Origin: an uncultured Planctomycetales bacterium
GTDB lineage: Bacteria > Omnitrophota > Gorgyraeia > Gygaellales > Profunditerraquicolaceae
DNA length: 57,247 nt
Direction: 5' to 3'
NCBI GenBank assembly: GCA_964354795.1
Contig: CAYHBB010000021.1
Span: forward strand, 1 to 57,247
The notes below the pieces were generated by a model. It saw nothing but the letters and a program-made list of their open reading frames with translations, ran no database searches and was not told where the DNA came from. Of the stretch, positions 51,442-57,247 are shown piece by piece. Each line of letters begins with the position of its first letter. The first letter of the stretch is position 1. The position numbers and the translations under genes are program-made.

Positions 51442-51650
51442 CTAAAATCTTTCTCGCTGAGCACTCATGGCTGGTCGGCTTGTCTTGGTTCTCGCAGGGA
51501 CGCTTTCCGCCAAAGTTCTGTGGCGGATGCGCTCATTTCCAGCCCCTCGCTCTGCCCTATATGGTAAATGAGGGGCAACCTTGCCCGCTCGGGGCTTCCA
51601 TGCCCTGCTCGAAACCAAACCAAGCCTCCCGCCAACTAAAAGATTTCAGT
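51441..51650 (-). other. Long fold-back structured element, copy 1 (MITE-like or ncRNA)
   Basis: Ends pair (ACTAAAATCTTT/AAAGATTTCAGT; TGGCTGG..GCAGGG/CCCTGC..CCGCCA); core shared with 51654-51810 in opposite orientation. Confidence 0.6.
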
Positions 51651-51653
51651 CAA

Positions 51654-51810
51654 GGGTGACGAGGTTCGCTTTGAGCGGGGCGTCCGAGGACCCGAGCGGG
51701 CATGGATCACCCTCTATGACTTCAAGTGAGAGCGAGGGCCGCAGGCCGAGCGAAGTTTTGCCTCGCAGGGGCAAAACGAGCGCCCCCGCGAAAAGCGAGC
51801 CTCGGCACCC
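51654..51810 (+). other. Long fold-back structured element, copy 2
   Basis: GGGTGACGAGGTTCGCTTT..GCGGGGCG pairs with CGCCCCCGC..AAAGCGAGCCTCGGCACCC; core CCCGAGCGGGCA..AGAGCGAGGG. Confidence 0.6.
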
Positions 51811-51869
51811 ACGGTTAAAGCGAAGGAGCTTCTTAGGTGGGGCAGTTAGATATGATAGCTAAAGATATC

Positions 51870-51898
51870 TCGACAAAAGCTGGCTAATGTGATATAGT
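51870..51898 (+). promoter_or_regulatory. sigma70 promoter, near-leaderless msbA
   Basis: TCGACA-N17-TATAGT, 8 nt before ATG, no SD. Confidence 0.55.
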
Positions 51899-51906
51899 GC
51901 AACCTT

Positions 51907-53700
51907 ATGAAAAACTACAATAAGCTATTTATTTTTGCCCGTCCCTACACCGGGCAGCTGATTATTTCCGGCATCTTCATGGGCATTGTGACCTTCTTCG
52001 ATATCTTCCGCCTGAGCGCGATTGTGCCGGTTATCGACAGGATCTTCACTAACCGACAGATCACCTTCAATAACGGTAAGTTCCCGGGATTTATCCAGAA
52101 TATACTTAATTACTTGAATAATCTTGAGCCGATCAAGGTGCTATATCTTATCCTTATTGTCATGCCTATCGCCCTGATTATCCGGTCGGTTTTCGAATAT
52201 CTACAGTCCTATATAATGTCTGACGTGGGCCAGAAGGTCATCCGCGACGTTCGGAATATAGTTTATGAGAAGTTGCAGGTATTATCTTTGGAGTATTTCA
52301 GCCAAAGGAGGAGTGGCGAGCTGGTTAGCCGCATCACCAATGACGTAAAGCTGATTGAAAACGCCGTATCTTACGCGCTCACAGATCTGGTTTATCAGGG
52401 TTTTACGGTCATTTGCTTCGCTATCACCATATTTTTCATAAACTGGAAGCTGGCGCTTTTGGCTTTTGTGGTGTTACCGGTAGTCGCGGTGCCCATGGTC
52501 ACCGTCGGCAAGATGCTGCGCAAGCTAAGCAAGAGCTCGCAGGAAAAGATGGCGGATATCAACTCGCTACTCGTCGAAACATTCATTGGAGTGCGTATTG
52601 TGCGTGCTTTCTGCGCCGAGGCAAAAGAAGTGGCCAAGTTCCGCGGCCAGAATCATGATTATTACAAGCTGGCCATGAAATCCATAAAGCGCATGCTTAT
52701 TTTAGGTAACGCTACGGAGCTGGTAGGCGTGGCTATGGCTATTTTGATCATTTATATCAGCGGCAGACAGGTTATTTCGGGTGAGTTATCTTTCGGCGCG
52801 TTTGCCTTGTTCATGGCAGCTTTATTATCGCTGATCAAGCCCTTTAAGAAATTAAGCCAGGTAAATTCCATTTTGCAGCAGGCTATGGCGGCAAGTACCC
52901 GCATTTATGAAGTGTTGGATGCGCCGGTGAGCGTCAGGCAGAGCCCGCAGGCAAAAGAAATCAATGATTTTTCCTCCGGTATCCGTTACGAAGGGGTTTA
53001 TTCCACCTATGGCGAGCACGATATACTTAAGAATATTAATCTGGAAGTCAAAAAAGGTTTTATGTTGGCGATCGTAGGTCCGAGCGGTTCGGGAAAGAGC
53101 ACCATGGTGGATCTGATCCCGCGTTTTTATGACCCCAAAAAGGGGAAGATTTATATTGATGGAGTGGATATCAAGGATCTGACTTTAAAATCACTTCGTC
53201 TGAAGATCGGTATGGTCACCCAGGAGACCATCCTTTTTAACGATACTATAAAAGGAAATATCCTTTACGGTAAGCCGGATGCAAGCGATAGAGAGCTTGA
53301 ATCAGCGGCTATTCAGGCGCATGCCCATGAATTTATCAAGAATCTGCCCAATGGGTATGATACAGTGATCGGAGACAGGGGGATGAAGCTTTCTGGCGGA
53401 GAGCGCCAGAGGGTAGCTATTGCCCGCGCGCTTTTGAAGAATCCGCCGATTTTACTCCTTGATGAGGCGACTTCGCAGCTGGATACCGAGTCGGAGCGCA
53501 TCGTGCAGGAAGCTTTAGACCGGCTGATTCAGGGAAGAACGGTATTTGTTATCGCGCATAGGCTTTCGACTGTGCGCAATGCCCATAGAATTGTGGTTTT
53601 AGACCGCGGAATGATCGCGGAAGAGGGAACTCACCAGGAGTTGATCCAGAAGGACGGCCTCTACAAGCGGCTTTACTCCATGCAGGAACTCCAGAAGTAA
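51907..53700 (+). CDS. msbA: MsbA-like ABC exporter (TMD+NBD)
   Basis: GELVSRITND, GPSGSGKS, LSGGERQR, LLDEATS, AHRLST; divergent from lpxB. Confidence 0.85.
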   Translation: MKNYNKLFIFARPYTGQLIISGIFMGIVTFFDIFRLSAIVPVIDRIFTNRQITFNNGKFPGFIQNILNYLNNLEPIKVLYLILIVMPIALIIRSVFEYLQSYIMSDVGQKVIRDVRNIVYEKLQVLSLEYFSQRRSGELVSRITNDVKLIENAVSYALTDLVYQGFTVICFAITIFFINWKLALLAFVVLPVVAVPMVTVGKMLRKLSKSSQEKMADINSLLVETFIGVRIVRAFCAEAKEVAKFRGQNHDYYKLAMKSIKRMLILGNATELVGVAMAILIIYISGRQVISGELSFGAFALFMAALLSLIKPFKKLSQVNSILQQAMAASTRIYEVLDAPVSVRQSPQAKEINDFSSGIRYEGVYSTYGEHDILKNINLEVKKGFMLAIVGPSGSGKSTMVDLIPRFYDPKKGKIYIDGVDIKDLTLKSLRLKIGMVTQETILFNDTIKGNILYGKPDASDRELESAAIQAHAHEFIKNLPNGYDTVIGDRGMKLSGGERQRVAIARALLKNPPILLLDEATSQLDTESERIVQEALDRLIQGRTVFVIAHRLSTVRNAHRIVVLDRGMIAEEGTHQELIQKDGLYKRLYSMQELQK

Positions 53701-53731
53701 GGAAATAAACCTCAAAATTATTAAATAATAT

Positions 53732-53759
53732 TTGCATAATAACAAGAATATGTTAATAT
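53732..53759 (+). promoter_or_regulatory. sigma70-type promoter of rpsB operon
   Basis: TTGCAT-N16-TAATAT with TG extension. Confidence 0.5.
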
Positions 53760-53820
53760 AAGCGTCTATTCTTATGCCAAATGGTAGGTGTAAGGCGCAA
53801 AATCAACAGAAAATATAGTA

Positions 53821-53954
53821 CACCCGGCCTTAGCCCCTTCCTTAAAAGGTATTAGGAAGGGCTACCCCTCTGGGGTTAAAGGATAGGCCGGTGTCTCGTC
53901 CAGAAAGGACGCGCCCGCTGATCCTATAAAAGCGGGGCGCAGCTTTCTGCGGAA
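53821..53954. repeat. Nested and inverted family-A cluster in the rpsB leader
   Basis: CACCCGGCCT-t[AGCCCCTTCCT..AGGAAGGGCT ACCCCTCTGGGGT]taaaggat-AGGCCGGTG; then minus-strand copy GTCC..GGAC GCGCCCGCT..AGCGGGGCGC. Confidence 0.8.
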
Positions 53955-53970
53955 AAAGGGAGGTTCAAGA

Positions 53971-54870
53971 GTGCCATCAGACTTAATCAAGCAATTACTG
54001 GAAGCAGGAGTGCATTTCGGGCACCAGACCAAACGCTGGAACCCGAAAATGAAGAAATTCATCTTTGGTTCGCGTAGCGGAATTTACATTATCGATTTGG
54101 AGAAGACCGAGGAATGTATCAACAAAGCCCGGGATTTCCTGATGGATATAACCGCAAAAGGCGAGTTTGTGCTTTTTGTAGGCACAAAAAAACAGGCCCA
54201 GGAAGTGGTTTTTCAGGAGGCCAACCGTTGCGGGATGTACTACGTCACCGAGCGCTGGCCCGGCGGAATGCTGACTAATTTCGCCACCATCAAAAAGAGT
54301 ATCAGCCGCCTGAAAGAGATCGAGAAGATGAAGGTGGATGGGACTTATGAAAAGATCACCAAGAAAGAGATCTCCGGCCTGGAGAAGGAACTAGCCAAGC
54401 TTAAGAAGAATTTCATGGGTATTGTGCCTATGGAGCGCATGCCTAAGGCGATTTTTATCGTGGATACCAAAAAGGAAGAGACCGCGGTAAGTGAAGCCCG
54501 CAGGCTGGGTATTCCTATTGTGGCGTTGATTGACACTAATTCCAACCCGGACTTGATAGATTACCCTATCCCCGGCAATGACGACGCGACAAAATCCGTC
54601 AAGCTGGTGACTTCGCTTATGGCGGAGACGGTTCTGGAGGGAAGAAAGAAATTTCTGTCGTATCTATCCCAGGAAGGTGTTAAGGTAGAGGACAAAAAGG
54701 ATGAGGAAGGCCAGGAAATAGTGCTTCTTCCTGAGGAAGAGGCAGGGATAAAAGAGATCGAGGAGATCGTTGAGGCTACTCAGCCGTTGGATGCTGACGG
54801 AAAGTCGGTGAAAAAGTCCCACGTAAAGACGGTTGCTGATGATAAATCAAGAACAAGAAGAAAGGTATAA
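53971..54870 (+). CDS. rpsB: 30S ribosomal protein S2 with acidic/basic C-terminal tail
   Basis: [36 protein letters not shown]; GTG start after GGAGG. Confidence 0.98.
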   Translation: MPSDLIKQLLEAGVHFGHQTKRWNPKMKKFIFGSRSGIYIIDLEKTEECINKARDFLMDITAKGEFVLFVGTKKQAQEVVFQEANRCGMYYVTERWPGGMLTNFATIKKSISRLKEIEKMKVDGTYEKITKKEISGLEKELAKLKKNFMGIVPMERMPKAIFIVDTKKEETAVSEARRLGIPIVALIDTNSNPDLIDYPIPGNDDATKSVKLVTSLMAETVLEGRKKFLSYLSQEGVKVEDKKDEEGQEIVLLPEEEAGIKEIEEIVEATQPLDADGKSVKKSHVKTVADDKSRTRRKV

Positions 54871-54876
54871 GTAAAG

Positions 54877-55404
54877 ATGGCTGCTAATGTTGATCTGATC
54901 AAAGAGTTAAGGCATATGACCTTGGCAAGCGTTGCCCACTGCAAAAAAGCGCTTGAGGAGTCAAACGGAGACTTGAAGAAAGCGGCGGAATACCTGCGCA
55001 AGAAAGGCCTGGAAATCGCCGCTAATAAGCAGGACCGCACGGTGAAAGAAGGCCGCATTGAAGCCTATATCCACCACGGAAGCAAGATCGGTGTGCTTTT
55101 AGAGGTGAACTGCGAGTCGGATTTCGTGGCCCGCAACGAGGATTTTACTAGCTTCACCAAGGATGTGGCCATGCAGATAGCCGCATGCAGCCCCATCTAT
55201 ATTAAAAGAGAAGATATTCCGGCAGAGGTGTTGGAGCAGGAGAAGAACAAGGAAGATTTCTGCAAGAATCACTGCCTTCTGGAGCAGGCGTTTATTAAAG
55301 ATACAAGTTTGAGTATCAAGGATTATCTGGGCACAATCATCGGAAAACTCGGCGAGAATATCGTAGTTCGCAGATTTATAAGGTATAAAGTCGGGGAGTT
55401 ATGA
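54877..55404 (+). CDS. tsf: Elongation factor Ts (short form)
   Basis: IKELR..T....[24 protein letters not shown]. Confidence 0.95.
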   Translation: MAANVDLIKELRHMTLASVAHCKKALEESNGDLKKAAEYLRKKGLEIAANKQDRTVKEGRIEAYIHHGSKIGVLLEVNCESDFVARNEDFTSFTKDVAMQIAACSPIYIKREDIPAEVLEQEKNKEDFCKNHCLLEQAFIKDTSLSIKDYLGTIIGKLGENIVVRRFIRYKVGEL

Positions 55405-56123
55405 GCAAGGCGGTTTACAAAAGGATCGTTCTGAAGCTCAGCGGCGAAGCGCTTCAGGGGGCAAAATCCCACGGAATAGACCATTCGGTCTTAGTATCTA
55501 TCTCCCGTCAGATAAAAGAGGTCAGGGATTTAGGCGTGGATGTGGCGGTGGTGTTGGGCGCGGGGAATATCTTCCGTGGCCAGGAGAATACCGCTTCACG
55601 CGGCCTGGATATGGATAGGTCTGTCGCAGACTATATGGGGATGCTTGCGACGATTATCAACGGCCTGGCTTTACAGGATGTTTTGGAGAAGACTGGAGTC
55701 CCTACCAGGGTAATGACCGCTATTGATATGGAGCGTATTGCCGAGCCGTATATCAGGCGTAGGGCCGTGCGGCATCTGGAAAAAGGCAGAGTAGTTATAT
55801 TTGTCGCTGGGACTGGGAATCCGTATTTTACAACCGATACCGCGGCTTCCCTTCGCGCCAAGGAAATCAATGCCGACGTGATTTTGAAAGCTACGAAAGT
55901 GGATGGGGTTTATACCGCCGATCCCGTTAAGGTTAAAAGTGCCAGAAAATTTGAGAAACTAAAATATATCGATGTGCTGAAAAAGGGCTTAAAGGTGATG
56001 GACGCTACTGCCATCAGCCTGTGCATGGATAATAACCTGCCGATAGTGGTTTTTAATCTGACTAAGATCGGAAATATCAAGCGCGTAGTCATGGGTGAAA
56101 GAATAGGGACTGTAGTTTCATAA
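55401..56123 (+). CDS. pyrH: UMP kinase
   Basis: [32 protein letters not shown]. Confidence 0.98.
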   Translation: MSKAVYKRIVLKLSGEALQGAKSHGIDHSVLVSISRQIKEVRDLGVDVAVVLGAGNIFRGQENTASRGLDMDRSVADYMGMLATIINGLALQDVLEKTGVPTRVMTAIDMERIAEPYIRRRAVRHLEKGRVVIFVAGTGNPYFTTDTAASLRAKEINADVILKATKVDGVYTADPVKVKSARKFEKLKYIDVLKKGLKVMDATAISLCMDNNLPIVVFNLTKIGNIKRVVMGERIGTVVS

Positions 56124-56140
56124 ATTTGCAGCTTTCTGCG

Positions 56141-56182
56141 CACCCCCAAACTTAATGGATAGTTTGGGGTGAGCTGGTGCTC
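56141..56182 (+). repeat. Family-A element before frr RBS
   Basis: CACCCCCAAACT-taatggat-AGTTTGGGGTG then GAGC-tggt-GCTC. Confidence 0.7.
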
Positions 56183-56194
56183 AAGGAGGTAGTT

Positions 56195-56755
56195 ATGACC
56201 ACAAAAGAGATTCTGCATAGTACCGAAGAGAAGATGAAAAAATGTTTTGAGTCGGTGACTCGCGAGTTTGCGGAAGTGCGCACCGGCAGGGCCAGCCCGA
56301 TCATTGTGGAAGGCCTGCATATAGATTATTATGGAACACCTACGTTATTAAAGCAGTTGGCGTCCATTTCCGTGCCTGACGCTCATTTGATCGTGATCCA
56401 GCCGTGGGATATTACAGCTATAGTGGAAATTGAGAAGGCCATACTTAGATCCAATTTGGGAATTACTCCTTCCAACGATGGCAAGGTGGTGCGTTTATCC
56501 GTGCCGCAGTTATCCAAGGAGAGGCGTGAGGAGCTGGCCAAGGTCATTCACAAGATGGCTGAGGATGGAAGAGTGTCGCTACGTACCATAAGACGAGATG
56601 CTAAAGAGCATGTAGAGAAGTTGGAAAAAGACAAGGTGATCTCTGAGGACGATAGATTTCGCGCGATCGAGGATATGCAGAAGATCGTGGATAAATATAT
56701 CGCTAAGATTGATGAGCTTCTGAAGAGCAAAGAGAAAGAAGTTCTGCAGGTTTAA
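56195..56755 (+). CDS. frr: Ribosome recycling factor
   Basis: RTGRAS, YYG.PT, IQPWD, PSNDG, ERREEL, ISEDD. Confidence 0.97.
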   Translation: MTTKEILHSTEEKMKKCFESVTREFAEVRTGRASPIIVEGLHIDYYGTPTLLKQLASISVPDAHLIVIQPWDITAIVEIEKAILRSNLGITPSNDGKVVRLSVPQLSKERREELAKVIHKMAEDGRVSLRTIRRDAKEHVEKLEKDKVISEDDRFRAIEDMQKIVDKYIAKIDELLKSKEKEVLQV

Positions 56756-56757
56756 GG

Positions 56758-56992
56758 GAAGTAAAATTGGGCCCCTATTCCCCATAACGTAGTCGCAGGG
56801 GAATGGGGTAGTGAAGTAAATTCAGATCCCTAGTCTCTATAACGTAGTCGCAGGAGACTGAGGCAGTGAAGTTAAATTAGGGCCTCTAGCACTCCTCGAG
56901 TAAAACTTAGAGTGCAGAGGCAGGCGAGTAAAATTCGGGCTTCTAGTCTCCATAACGTATTCGCAGGAGACTGAGGCATTGAAGTAAATCTA
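56758..56992 (+). repeat. Tandem array of four ~56-bp hairpin units in phase with tRNA-Lys
   Basis: Units start 56758, 56813, 56868, 56925 (and 56981 running into the tRNA): GAAGTAAA.T..GGGCCTCTAG-stem-loop-GAGGCA. Confidence 0.85.
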
Positions 56993-57065
56993 GGGCCTCT
57001 AGCTCATCCGGTAGAGCAGCGGCTTTTTAAGCCGCGTGTGCCGAGTTCGAGTCTCGGGAGGCTCA
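56993..57065 (+). tRNA. tRNA-Lys (UUU)
   Basis: Acceptor GGGCCTC/GAGGCTC, D-arm GCTC/GAGC, anticodon stem GCGGC-ttTTTaa-GCCGC, T-loop TTCGAGT; CCA not encoded. Confidence 0.95.
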
Positions 57066-57068
57066 TAA

Positions 57069-57179
57069 AATTTCTTGCTTTGCGAAGGCAAAGCAAGAAA
57101 TTCATGCCGCAGCCTGCACCAAAAATATCGAAGAACCCCTCTGGGGGCGAAGAGATCTTTGGTGCGTTTAGGCAAGGCA
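57069..57179. repeat. Perfect 15-bp hairpin plus minus-strand family-B palindrome between the tRNAs
   Basis: AATTTCTTGCTTTGC-gaag-GCAAAGCAAGAAATT; TGCC..GCCTGCACCAAA..TTTGGTGC..AGGC..GGCA. Confidence 0.7.
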
Positions 57180-57205
57180 CAAACAAGCGTAAGAGGAAAC
57201 TATCC

Positions 57206-57247
57206 GGGCGGATGGCGGAACTGGCATACGCGATAGCCTTAGGAGCT
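57206..57247 (+). tRNA. tRNA-Leu (UAG), truncated by window end
   Basis: GGGCGGA TGGCGGAACTGGCATACGCG, anticodon arm ATAGC-ctTAGga-GCT. Confidence 0.88.

Noticed and set aside
51581-51862. 93-aa ORF
   Set aside because: Lies across palindromic elements, TTG start with no RBS, Pro/Arg/Ser-rich shadow composition.
54877-55404. Truncated tsf pseudogene
   Set aside because: Short EF-Ts forms are known (e.g. Thermus, cyanobacteria); N- and C-terminal motifs are intact.
56758-56992. CRISPR array or intact tRNA genes
   Set aside because: Repeats are degenerate, the 'spacers' are mostly homologous and pair with the repeat, and no unit has D, anticodon or T arms.
57004-57186. 60-aa minus-strand ORF
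   Set aside because: Antisense to tRNA-Lys and palindromes.

Overview
This is a gene-dense bacterial window, almost all on the + strand, from an anaerobic diderm; gene content and repeat style suggest Candidatus Omnitrophota/PVC (inference, not searched). In order it carries: the tail of a group-4 [NiFe]-hydrogenase operon with its maturation protease; exbBD directly upstream of a complete F1Fo atp operon; a large nitrogen-assimilation cluster (nfnAB-gdhA, nadE plus an orphan ECF-like sigma factor, amtB-glnK-glnA type III, a Fis/NtrC-HTH gene with gltBD and a PEP-synthase-like protein); two aldolases; two cold-shock genes; pyrG-carA and a half-length carB; a helical-protein/HD-GYP pair; lipid A genes; rpsB-tsf-pyrH-frr; and two tRNAs. 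The non-coding DNA holds the main surprises. (1) A candidate nitrogen-control cascade: the bipartite motif GTTACCAAA-N13-TACTTGTA precedes both amtB and the gltBD unit and is a likely promoter for the adjacent sigma factor, while ANTAR-type hairpin/terminator attenuators sit in five leaders, including the sigma gene's own operon. (2) Several families of small palindromic elements with co-varying stems occur on both strands, nest inside each other and invade coding sequence. (3) A ~56-bp tandem array of tRNA-like minihelices lies in phase with tRNA-Lys. All structures were read by eye; no database searches or folding programs were run.
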